Position numbers and translations under genes: made by a program
The notes under the pieces: generated by a model
Database searches by the model: none
What the model saw: only the letters and a program-made list of their open reading frames with translations
What the model was told of the DNA's origin: nothing
Source of the DNA: Candidatus Limnocylindria bacterium
GTDB lineage: Bacteria > Chloroflexota > Limnocylindria > P2-11E
Length of the DNA stretch: 64,000 bases
Direction: 5' to 3'
Assembly: GCA_046262615.1 (NCBI GenBank)
Contig: JBHEML010000008.1
Coordinates: 720 to 64,719, forward strand
Part shown: positions 8,746 to 17,126 of the stretch, in pieces
How positions within the stretch are numbered: the stretch's first letter is position 1
Layout of the letters: each line of letters opens with the position of its first letter

Positions 8746-10364
8746 CGCCCGGCGGCCTCCCGCAGCCGGGCAGCGGCGAAGGCGGGATCGAGTGCCACCA
8801 GGAACCACGCCGCGCGCGGACCGCTCGCGCGGCCGAGGAAGGCGCGGTAGATCGCGCCAAAGGCGTCCTTGGACACCCTTCCGTCGGCCGTGACGAGGCC
8901 ACTCTGTTTCGCCAGCTCGTAGAGCCGCGCCTGCATCGCGTCGGGGTCGCGCGTGCGCGGCACCTCGTCCGCGACGCTCGCCAGGAACGATCTCTGCGCG
9001 TCCTCGAGTCCGAGGGCGGCATCGGGAAGCGACGCGGCGACCGCGAAGCGCGCCTCGTCCGGCGCCCATCGTTCGAGCCAGGCCTTGGCGAGGGTGCTGC
9101 GGCGCTCCAGGTCGCGCGATTCGGCATCGTTCAGCGGCGACCCCTTGCGCTCTTCCGCCTCGTGCGCGGGGTCGATGCGCGAAAGCTGCACCCAGTCCGC
9201 TACGACGCTGAAGCGGACGCGGAAGGGCACCGGAGCGGGGTCGGCGGAGAGCTGCGAGAGCGCCCAGATGCGGCCCAGGCCACTCCGCGCCTCGGCGAGG
9301 TAGGCGTCGGCGCACCGGTCGTATTCGTCCATGAGCCGCGGGAGGCTGTTGCCCCCGGGGTCGAAGTCGATCGCGGTCTGCGGCCGCGTCCGCAGCATGA
9401 GGAAACGGATGACCTCGCCCGGGTACACCTGTACGAGGTCGTGCGCCGCGGCACCGATGCCGGTGGAGCTGCCCATCTTGCGGCCGCCGAAGTTGATGAA
9501 CTCATGCGTGAGGCCGCCCGGCGGCTGCTTCTCCCACACCGCTCGGAACAGCGCGTCGGAGCGCTCACGCGAACCGCCCGCGGTCATCAAATCCTTTCCC
9601 GCCTCCTCATACGTGACGCCGTGCACATCCCACTGCGCGCACCACTCGAGGTTCCACGGCAGCTTCGCGCGGCCGCCGAAGGGTGACATGCGGCCCGCGT
9701 AGCCGCATCCCTCGGCCCATTGCGTGAGGTCGTCGTCGCGACCGAACTTCTTGCGGTCGCGCAGGCACTCGTACGCGACGGTCGCACCGTCGTACTCGCG
9801 GGCGTACGTCGTGCCGACGCGGCCGCAGTTCTCGCAGATCACCTGCACAGGCAGCCAGTCGTCCGGGCGCGCCACGCGCGCGACCGTGCGATAGACCTCG
9901 CGCACCCGATCCGCCCGCCGGAGGACGAGGTCGATCTGGTCATCGAGCCGCCCCTCCCGGTACAGGTCGCGCATGCGATAGACCTCGGGATGGATCCCGA
10001 GATCCGCGAACGTCGAGAGGAACCGGCCGGCGTGGTACGCGGCGTAGTCGCTCGCCGCGCCATCGGGGGACGGGATCGCGGAGAGGGGCTTGCCCATGTT
10101 CGGCGCCATGGCCTCGTTCGAGCGCATCGACTGCGAGTCCATCGGATCCATGTCGTCGATGCCGTAGAGGAAACGTACCTCGAGCCCGCTCGCGCGGAAC
10201 GTTCGGTACAGGACGTCGCTGATGACCGGACCGCGGAGGCCGGAGATCGGCACCGTCCCGGACGGCGTCTTCGAGTCGTGCACCACGTGGGGCCGATCCC
10301 GCGGCAGCGACCGCGCGACCGCGTCGGCCCAGAAGAGATCGCGGTCCGCCGGGACCGAGGTCAA
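8742..10364 (-). CDS. lysK: class I lysyl-tRNA synthetase (LysK-type, tRNA-synt_1f) homologue with a degenerate HIGH motif
   Basis: Collinear by eye with archaeal-type LysRS: FWADAVA..., KTPSG..., RKMGSSTG (KMSKS position), C-terminal GPRAAWFLVALDPAFAAARL. At the HIGH position it reads PISG (codons checked at 10250..10239). TTG start 10364 overlaps the greA stop (TTGA). Confidence 0.8.
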   Translation of the reverse strand: MTSVPADRDLFWADAVARSLPRDRPHVVHDSKTPSGTVPISGLRGPVISDVLYRTFRASGLEVRFLYGIDDMDPMDSQSMRSNEAMAPNMGKPLSAIPSPDGAASDYAAYHAGRFLSTFADLGIHPEVYRMRDLYREGRLDDQIDLVLRRADRVREVYRTVARVARPDDWLPVQVICENCGRVGTTYAREYDGATVAYECLRDRKKFGRDDDLTQWAEGCGYAGRMSPFGGRAKLPWNLEWCAQWDVHGVTYEEAGKDLMTAGGSRERSDALFRAVWEKQPPGGLTHEFINFGGRKMGSSTGIGAAAHDLVQVYPGEVIRFLMLRTRPQTAIDFDPGGNSLPRLMDEYDRCADAYLAEARSGLGRIWALSQLSADPAPVPFRVRFSVVADWVQLSRIDPAHEAEERKGSPLNDAESRDLERRSTLAKAWLERWAPDEARFAVAASLPDAALGLEDAQRSFLASVADEVPRTRDPDAMQARLYELAKQSGLVTADGRVSKDAFGAIYRAFLGRASGPRAAWFLVALDPAFAAARLREAAGR

Positions 10365-10828
10365 CTTACGGCGAGGATCTTCAGCTCCACGCTGCCGGCG
10401 GGCACCGACAACTGGACGGTCTCGCCGGCGCGATGGCCGAGCAGGGCCTTCCCCACCGGCGATTCGTTGCTGATGCGGCCCTCGGCGGGCGCCGCCTCGG
10501 CGGAGCCCACGATGACGTACTCCTCCTGCTCGCCCAGCGACTCGATCATGACGTGGCTGCCGATCTCGACCATCTCGTGGTGGCCGTTCTGGTCGATGAC
10601 TGCGGCATTCTTGACCATCTGCTCGAGGGTCAGGACGCGGCCTTCGAGGAACGCCTGGTCGTTCTTGGCCTGCTCGAGCTCGGAGTTCTCCGAGTAGTCG
10701 CCGAACTGCATGGCCGCATGAATGCGCTCCGCCACCTCCGCGCGGCCGGCGGTGCGCAGGCGATCAAGCTCTGCCTCGAGCTTCTTCAGTCCATCCGCCG
10801 AAACGTAGACAGGCTTGTCGGAATACAT
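10361..10828 (-). CDS. greA: transcription elongation factor GreA
   Basis: Track ORF 10361..10909 trimmed to ATG 10828 (MYSDKPVYVSADGLKKLEAELDRLR...), with GGAGG 8 nt upstream. C-terminal domain GRISNESPVGKALLGHRAGETV. Confidence 0.9.
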   Translation of the reverse strand: MYSDKPVYVSADGLKKLEAELDRLRTAGRAEVAERIHAAMQFGDYSENSELEQAKNDQAFLEGRVLTLEQMVKNAAVIDQNGHHEMVEIGSHVMIESLGEQEEYVIVGSAEAAPAEGRISNESPVGKALLGHRAGETVQLSVPAGSVELKILAVS

Positions 10829-10876
10829 CGAGTGCCTCCGGCGCCAAAGTGGCGATCGTCCGGCCACCGCTGGACG

Positions 10877-10909
10877 AAAAAAGCACTGAGGGCGCACCGC
10901 CCCCAGCAC
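10877..10909 (-). terminator. intrinsic terminator-like hairpin plus T6 on the minus strand, 48 nt upstream of the greA ATG
   Basis: Minus strand reads AGTGCTGGGGGCGGTGCGCCCTCAGTGC followed directly by TTTTTT. The stem is about 12 bp including G-U pairs, with a GTG loop. This is one of only two T6 runs I found in the 64 kb. Confidence 0.65.
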
Positions 10910-11155
10910 TTCGTCGAGATATATGTCGCGAGATTGTATACCCCGTTGGGCGGTGCGACGGGCGTGCGGTCGCGTGTCTGCCGGTCTACGCCCATGCGGC
11001 CGGGATGCCGGTGGAACACGCCACCCGTTTCACCATCCACGTCTTTCGAGGTCAGGCCGCGGCAAGACCGGGCCGTACCCCGGCACCCCGGCGTACGCGC
11101 GCTCCTCGGGCGGCTGGTAGGTCGAGGCTGGTGGAGGTCGCCGAAGCGCGCGCGC

Positions 11156-11791
11156 CTACCGCTTGACGCCGACGCCCAGCCCGTCGCCGACGGGGAGGAT
11201 CGTCGCGTCGAGCGCGGGGTGGCGCACGAAGGCCGCGTTGAACTCGCGGATCGCCGCGGTGTCGCGGCCGCGGTCGTCGGGCCGCGCGCCTGAAGCGCGA
11301 CCGCCCCACAGCAGGTTGTCGACGACGACGGTTCCTCCGGGACGGAGCAGCGGCAGGACCCCTTCAAGGTAGGCCGCGTACTCGTGCTTCAAGGCGTCGA
11401 TGAAGGCGAGGTCGAACGGGCCCGCCAGGCCCGGCAGGAGCGCGAGCGCCTCGCCGCTGCGGACCTCGATCCGCCCCGCGACGCCGGCGGCTTCCCAGGA
11501 CCGGCGCGCGCGGTCGGTCCGCGCGCGGTCGGGGTCGATCGTCACGATGCGCCCGTCCTCGGAAAGCGCGCTCGCCATCCACAGCGCCGAGTAGCCGATC
11601 GCCGTCCCGATCTCGACGATGCGCCGCGCGCCGGTGGCGCGAACGAGGATCCTCAGAGCGCGGCCGACCGCCGTACCGACTATGGGGATGTTCTCGGCCG
11701 CGCCCGCCGCGTCCATCTCGGCCAAGACACCGGCCAGCGGCTCATTCAGCGACTCGAGGTACTCGAGATCCCGGGAGGTGATCGCGTCCAT
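11156..11791 (-). CDS. class I SAM-dependent O-methyltransferase (caffeoyl-CoA OMT / YrrM-like family)
   Basis: C-terminal 211 aa of track ORF 11156..12949, ATG 11791. Motifs: RIVEIGTAIGYSALWMA, FDLAFIDALKHEY, LRPGGTVVVDNLLWGG. Confidence 0.85.
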   Translation of the reverse strand: MDAITSRDLEYLESLNEPLAGVLAEMDAAGAAENIPIVGTAVGRALRILVRATGARRIVEIGTAIGYSALWMASALSEDGRIVTIDPDRARTDRARRSWEAAGVAGRIEVRSGEALALLPGLAGPFDLAFIDALKHEYAAYLEGVLPLLRPGGTVVVDNLLWGGRASGARPDDRGRDTAAIREFNAAFVRHPALDATILPVGDGLGVGVKR

Positions 11792-11802
11792 GCTGTTGCG
11801 CA

Positions 11803-13053
11803 CTACGGCAGCTCCACCGGTGGCCCCGCGACCGCGAGCGCGTAGCGTTCGAGCGGCAGCAGCTCTCGCGCCATCTCGACGACCTGCTCCTTCGTCACGG
11901 CGCGGATCTGTTCCGGATAGCGCTCGAGGTGGTCGTCGCCGAGCCCGAACAGCTCCTGCTCGAGGATCTGCTGAGCGACTCCCGCGGGGCTTTCGCGCGC
12001 GACGCCGAGCTCGCCGACGAGCTTGTCCCTGGCGAGGTCCAGATCCTCGTCGTCGATCTGTCCGTCGTGCATCCCGCGGAGCTCGGTGAAGACCGTTTCG
12101 ATCGCGCGCTGCACGTTGTCCGGGTTCACCCCCATGCGCAGCACCCACGGCGATTGCCCCCTCGTCGTGCCGATCCCGCTGTACACGTAGTAGGCGAGGC
12201 CGAGCTCGTCCCGCACGACGCGGCCGGCCCGGCTCGCGAAGGGATCGGCGGCGAACACCATGTTCGTGACGCGCGCCTGCACGAAGCGCGGGTCGCTCCG
12301 CGGGATGCCGAGCCAGGCGATCGCGACGTCGCACTGGGTCTTGTCCGCGACTGCCTCGGAGCGGCGCGCTGCGGTGGCCAGTGTCGCCTCGGGATGTGAA
12401 GCCGCAGCGGCCGGGCGGCCCTTCCAGCCGGAGAACGCGGTCTCGGCCGCCGTGAACACCTCCTCCGCGTCGACGCCGCCCGCGACGACCAGGAGTGCGC
12501 CATCCGGCCGGATGCGGGCGGCGTGGTAGGCGCGCACCTCCTCCGCCGCTGCGTCGCGCACGACCGTCTCGTCGCCCATGGGGCGCGTTCTGAAGGGGTG
12601 CTCGCGCGGATACGCGAGCTCGCGCCAGGCGCGGTCCGCGACGGCGCGCGTGTCCTTGGCGTCCTCTTCGAGCGCCGCGAGCGTCTGCGCGCGGACGAAC
12701 TCGATCTCCTGATCCGCGAGCGCAGGAGCGATGAGCGCCTCCGCCACGAGCGAAAGGTAGGCGGTGATGTCCTCGGCCAGGCATTGGCCCGCGAAGGCGG
12801 CGGCGTGCGATCCCACGTCGAGCCGCGCGACGGCGCCGAGGTCGTCGAGCGCGTTCGACCACGACCGCGCATCGCGGTGCCGGGTGCCGCGCATGAGCGT
12901 CTGCACCGTTAGACGCGCGACGCCGGCGCGGCCGATGGGCTCGAACCACTGCCCCGCCTCGACCGCGACCACGACCGAGGCCGAGCGGAGACCGGCGATG
13001 GGCGCCACGGCCATCCTCAGGCCGCCGGTCAGCCGACGCCGTACGACGTTCAC
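11803..13053 (-). CDS. M16-family peptidase, non-catalytic-type subunit (no HxxEH)
   Basis: Track ORF, GTG 13053, 4 nt after the upstream M16 stop. M16 fold is recognisable (LTGGLRMAVAPIAGLRSASVVVAVEAGQWFEP...), but no HxxEH zinc motif is present. Confidence 0.8.
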   Translation of the reverse strand: MNVVRRRLTGGLRMAVAPIAGLRSASVVVAVEAGQWFEPIGRAGVARLTVQTLMRGTRHRDARSWSNALDDLGAVARLDVGSHAAAFAGQCLAEDITAYLSLVAEALIAPALADQEIEFVRAQTLAALEEDAKDTRAVADRAWRELAYPREHPFRTRPMGDETVVRDAAAEEVRAYHAARIRPDGALLVVAGGVDAEEVFTAAETAFSGWKGRPAAAASHPEATLATAARRSEAVADKTQCDVAIAWLGIPRSDPRFVQARVTNMVFAADPFASRAGRVVRDELGLAYYVYSGIGTTRGQSPWVLRMGVNPDNVQRAIETVFTELRGMHDGQIDDEDLDLARDKLVGELGVARESPAGVAQQILEQELFGLGDDHLERYPEQIRAVTKEQVVEMARELLPLERYALAVAGPPVELP

Positions 13054-13057
13054 CTCG

Positions 13058-14248
13058 TCACTCGGGCACGAACCAACCGACGCTCCGCGAGCGCTCGCTC
13101 AGCGTCGCCTCCGCCGCTGCGCGCATTGCGTCCGCGCTGACGGCGGCGAGGCGGTCGTACCACTCGCCGATCGAACGCGCGGCGCCGGTCGAAAGCAGCT
13201 GGCCGAGGCGGTACGCGCGCCCGGTCACGGTGTCGCTGGGGAACGCCGTCGAGGCTAGGAGCTGCCTCCTCGTGCGGGTGAACTCCTCCTCGCCCAGCGG
13301 CTCGACCGCGAGCTTACCGAGCTCGTCGAGGATCACGCGTTCGACCGCGGCGTGCTCGATCCCCGGGCGGAGCGTGGCTTCGACGACGAAAAGGTACGGA
13401 TCTTTGGTGAGCCCGAAGGTGGCATCGATCTCGGTGGCGAGCGCGGAGTCGACGAGCGCGCGGTAGAGGCGCGACGACCTGCCCGAGGCGACCTCCGCCC
13501 CTCCGGTGGCGCCCGCCAGGGCGACCGCGAGCGCCGTCAGCGCGGGCGCCGCGGTGTCGGTAGCCCGCGGCGCGTGGAAGGCGACCTGGACGAGCGGGAC
13601 GGCGCCGCCGGCGCGCCGAACGACGATGCGCTTCTCCCCGTGCTGCGGGGGCTCGGGCGCGTGGGCGGGCTCCGCGACGGGCTCTGCCTCCACGGACGCG
13701 AACGCGCGCTCCGCCGACCCGAGCAGCTCCTCGGCATCCCCGTCGCCCGCAACGACGACGTAGGCGTTGTTCGGCGAGTAGAACCGACGGTAGTGCGCGT
13801 AGAGGCCCTCCCGCGTCATGAGCTTGATCTCGGTCTTGCTGCCGATCACGCCCTGGCCGTAGGGGTGGCGTGAGAACGCGATCGCCTGGAGCTCTTCGCC
13901 GAGCAGGAACGCGGGATCGTTCTCGAGCCCTTCGCGCTCGCTCACGATCACGGTGCGCTCCGCTTCGACCTCTTCATCGGAGATCAAGGCGTTGCGCATC
14001 CGGTCGGCCTCGAGCTCGAGCGCCGTCGCGTATCGCTCCTTCGGTACGGTCTCGAAGTAGCAGGTCACGTCTTCGCTGGTGAAGGCGTTCCACTGTGCGC
14101 CGTACCGCGCGAGCAGCTTGTCGAGGTCACCCTTGGGGTGCGACGGCGTGCCCTTGAAGAGCATGTGTTCGAGGAAGTGGGACATGCCTGTCGTCCCGGG
14201 CACCTCGTTGCGCCCGCCCACGTGGTACCAGACCCATAGCGAGACCAC
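13058..14248 (-). CDS. M16-family zinc peptidase (HxxEH present); the true N-terminus probably extends to about 14308-14329
   Basis: Track ORF with HFLEHMLFKG. Hand translation upstream of GTG 14248 stays in frame and reads ...SIPISDTPLTRRLDNGLILYAAEARHAPV-VSLWVWY. This is the conserved M16 N-terminus, but it contains no ATG/GTG/TTG. Confidence 0.8.
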   Translation of the reverse strand: MVSLWVWYHVGGRNEVPGTTGMSHFLEHMLFKGTPSHPKGDLDKLLARYGAQWNAFTSEDVTCYFETVPKERYATALELEADRMRNALISDEEVEAERTVIVSEREGLENDPAFLLGEELQAIAFSRHPYGQGVIGSKTEIKLMTREGLYAHYRRFYSPNNAYVVVAGDGDAEELLGSAERAFASVEAEPVAEPAHAPEPPQHGEKRIVVRRAGGAVPLVQVAFHAPRATDTAAPALTALAVALAGATGGAEVASGRSSRLYRALVDSALATEIDATFGLTKDPYLFVVEATLRPGIEHAAVERVILDELGKLAVEPLGEEEFTRTRRQLLASTAFPSDTVTGRAYRLGQLLSTGAARSIGEWYDRLAAVSADAMRAAAEATLSERSRSVGWFVPE

Positions 14249-14491
14249 GGGCGCGTGGCGCGCCTCGGCCGCGTAGAGGATCAGGCCGTTGTCGAGCCGA
14301 CGGGTCAGCGGCGTGTCAGAGATCGGGATGCTTCGAGATTAGGGTCTGGTCCATGCGGCTGCCGCGGGGCATGCTTGCTCGCCGCGCGTCTGCGCATGGA
14401 AGTCGCGGCGCGCTACGGTGAGGACCGAAGATAAAGATGGGACCGGCCCACGCCGCTCGGAGGCGGCCGACCGGCGTGAAGGGGTTGAGGG

Positions 14492-15007
14492 TTGAAGCTG
14501 GCGAAGCGCTTCGAGATACTCGGTGACCCGACGAAATTCGAGATGGAGTTCCAGCAGGAGGCCGTCGAGGTGATCGCCGAAGCCGATCGCCGCCTCGCGC
14601 TCGGACGCGCGACGAAGGCGCTCCGCACTGCGCGCGACCGCGCCGAGCGCAACGGCCTGGGGCTCGTGCAACGGACCACTGGCGCCAGCGACCTCGAGCG
14701 ATGGGGCAGCCTCGCGAGCGCGGTCTACTGGGTCGAGCAGCTCGAGCGGCAGCTCGACAAGGGCGAGAGGTCGCCTCTATCCGGAGCGGCGAAAGCACCG
14801 CCGGCGCCCGCGGACGCACCGTCGGGGGAGAGCTCTTTGGGCCTCACCGTTGTTCCCGGCACCGTCGCGGTCGAGTTCGACACCCCCGGCCACCGATCCG
14901 TGGTCGATCTTTCGCCCGACGACGCCCGCGCCTTCGCCATTGACCTGATCGTCGCGGCGTCCGAGGCCTCGCGCATGGCGGTGGACGAGCCGAAGCGCCT
15001 GCACTGA
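14492..15007 (+). CDS. hypothetical protein
   Basis: Track ORF with strongly GC3-biased codons, consistent with coding. No recognisable family. The start is uncertain (TTG 14492 or ATG 14543). Confidence 0.45.
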   Translation: MKLAKRFEILGDPTKFEMEFQQEAVEVIAEADRRLALGRATKALRTARDRAERNGLGLVQRTTGASDLERWGSLASAVYWVEQLERQLDKGERSPLSGAAKAPPAPADAPSGESSLGLTVVPGTVAVEFDTPGHRSVVDLSPDDARAFAIDLIVAASEASRMAVDEPKRLH

Positions 15008-15011
15008 CCCG

Positions 15012-17126
15012 CTACGGCGTGCTGAAGCGGGTACCGAGGACCGTCCGGGAGATCCTGGCGGTGTCCTGAGAGCCGGTGATCCCGGGCTTCTCCTCGAGGA
15101 TCGTGGCGATCGCGAGAGCGGGGCGGTCGAACGGCGCGAATCCGATGAACCACGCGTCCGGGGCGCCCGGCGTCGTCTCGGCCGTGCCGCTCTTCCCCGC
15201 CGTCGGTACGGCGAATCCGAGGAAGGGGAAATAGACCGTGCCGAACGGATCCGTGACGACCGCCCGCATGCCGTCCCTGATGAGCGACAGATCGGTCGGA
15301 GCGCTCTGCGCGTGCCCCGCCTCGGTCTTCGGGAACGACTTGGTCGTCGCGCCAGCGCGGTCGCGAAGTTCGATCACCAACCGCGGTCGCCATACGATGC
15401 CGTCGTTCGCCAGCGCCGCCGTGTAGTTCGCCATCTGCAAAGGCGTCGCGAGCAGGTATCCCTGGCCGATGGCGAGGTTAGTCGCGTCACCGGGATTCCA
15501 CACCGCGCCGGCGGGATCGCTCGCGAACTGCTGCGCCTTCCACGTCCGGCTGGGAACGACCCCCGCGTCCTCGAAGACGTAGTCGATGTCCGTGCCCTTG
15601 CCGAGACCGAAGCTCATTGCCTCCCCTGGCAGCAGATCAGGGTTCGTGTCGTTGAGGCGCTTCCCGAGCTCGTAGAAGAAGGAGTTGCAGGAGCGCGCGA
15701 GCGCCGTGCGAAGGTCGATCGGTCCGAGGTCGCTGGTCTCGTGGTTCAGCTGGCTCCACTGCGGGCCGTAACCCGTCCAAACGGCTGGGCACTCGACGCG
15801 TTCCCCCGCGTGATAAAGGCCTTGGCGCAGCGCCGCGGCGGCCGTGATCGGCTTGAACGACGAGCCGGTCGGGTAGCGGCCGAATGTCGCGCGGTTGAAC
15901 AACGGCTTGCGCGGATCGGCGTTGATCTGCGCGACGCCGGCGTCCTGCCGGATGAATGCGCCGAGGTCGAACGACGGGCGGCTGGCGATCGCCTGGACCT
16001 CACCGGACCACGGATCCTCTACGACGACCGCGCCCTTCTGGTCGCCGAGCGCGGTCTCCGCCGCCCGCTGCATCGCTGGATCGAGCGCCAGCACGGCGTC
16101 CTGGCCGGGGACGGGCGCCTTTTCGGCGAACGTCCGCACCGGCCTCTCGTCGCTCTCGACGACGCCGAGCCGCCAGCCGACGCTCCCTCCAAGCACGTCA
16201 TCCAGCGTCGCTTCGAGGCCCGTCTTTCCGATGGTGTCGCCCGGAAGGAAGCCGCGGTCGGCGCGCTTGGCCGCGTCCGCCTCGCTGGCCTCGCCGACGT
16301 ACCCGATGGTCTGCGCGGCGAGCCCGGTCGGATACGAGCGCACGCGCTGCGCCTGGAGCTGCGCGCCCTCGATGACCGAGAGCTTCGACCGCGCGTCGGC
16401 GCTGAGATCGAAGATCGTCTTCACGGGGACGAAACTCTCGGGGCGAACCCAGCTCTGCGTGTACTTGGCCTTGATCTCATCGGGCCGGAGGCCGACGATC
16501 GGCGAGAGGCTCGCGAGCATCGCCGCCTCGTTCTTGATCTGTCCGGGCACGACGCCGACGACGGAGGCATCGACGAACGTCGCCAGCTCGGTGCCGTCGC
16601 GCGCGAGGATGCGTCCGCGGCTGGTGGGAACGCGGGTCATGCGCACGAGACGACCGGATGAGAGCTGCGGCAGGAGCACCTCGGGGGACCAGTCGATCCG
16701 CCACGCCGCCTTTTCCTTCTCCCCGACGAGCACGAGCGAGAGATCGGTCCGCGCGCTGAAGTCGCCGACGCGCGCCGTGTGGAACACGGTCGTCAGCGGT
16801 ACGGTCGCGAGTCGCGGATCGGGCTTTCCGTCCGCTCCGGCCGGGTGCACCGCGTCACCGGTGCGCACCTCGAGCGAGCGCAGCGTCATCTCCTCCGCGA
16901 TACGCGGCACCCGTTTGACCGTCGCATCATCGCCGTACCGGTCGCGTGATCCGTCGGTCAGCGCGCTGAACATCGCGGCGTAGTCGCCGCTGGCCCAGGC
17001 CGACGCGTACGCGCGGGCGACGGGCTCCGGTGGCGGCGGAGCGGCAGCCTCGCACGCGGAAGCGACGGCCGCCCACGCGAACGCCACGGCGAGCACCGCG
17101 CCGCTGACGCGACGGCGCCGCGACAT
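15012..17126 (-). CDS. penicillin-binding protein (class B transpeptidase with an NTF2/MecA_N-like N-terminal domain)
   Basis: C-terminal 704 aa of track ORF 15012..18227. ATG 17126 overlaps the ggt stop by 1 nt (TGATG). Signal/anchor: MSRRRRVSGAVLAVAFAWAAVASAC. Motifs: SxxK (TGSSFKP), SxN (SCN), KSG (AGKSGTAE). Confidence 0.85.
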   Translation of the reverse strand: MSRRRRVSGAVLAVAFAWAAVASACEAAAPPPPEPVARAYASAWASGDYAAMFSALTDGSRDRYGDDATVKRVPRIAEEMTLRSLEVRTGDAVHPAGADGKPDPRLATVPLTTVFHTARVGDFSARTDLSLVLVGEKEKAAWRIDWSPEVLLPQLSSGRLVRMTRVPTSRGRILARDGTELATFVDASVVGVVPGQIKNEAAMLASLSPIVGLRPDEIKAKYTQSWVRPESFVPVKTIFDLSADARSKLSVIEGAQLQAQRVRSYPTGLAAQTIGYVGEASEADAAKRADRGFLPGDTIGKTGLEATLDDVLGGSVGWRLGVVESDERPVRTFAEKAPVPGQDAVLALDPAMQRAAETALGDQKGAVVVEDPWSGEVQAIASRPSFDLGAFIRQDAGVAQINADPRKPLFNRATFGRYPTGSSFKPITAAAALRQGLYHAGERVECPAVWTGYGPQWSQLNHETSDLGPIDLRTALARSCNSFFYELGKRLNDTNPDLLPGEAMSFGLGKGTDIDYVFEDAGVVPSRTWKAQQFASDPAGAVWNPGDATNLAIGQGYLLATPLQMANYTAALANDGIVWRPRLVIELRDRAGATTKSFPKTEAGHAQSAPTDLSLIRDGMRAVVTDPFGTVYFPFLGFAVPTAGKSGTAETTPGAPDAWFIGFAPFDRPALAIATILEEKPGITGSQDTARISRTVLGTRFSTP

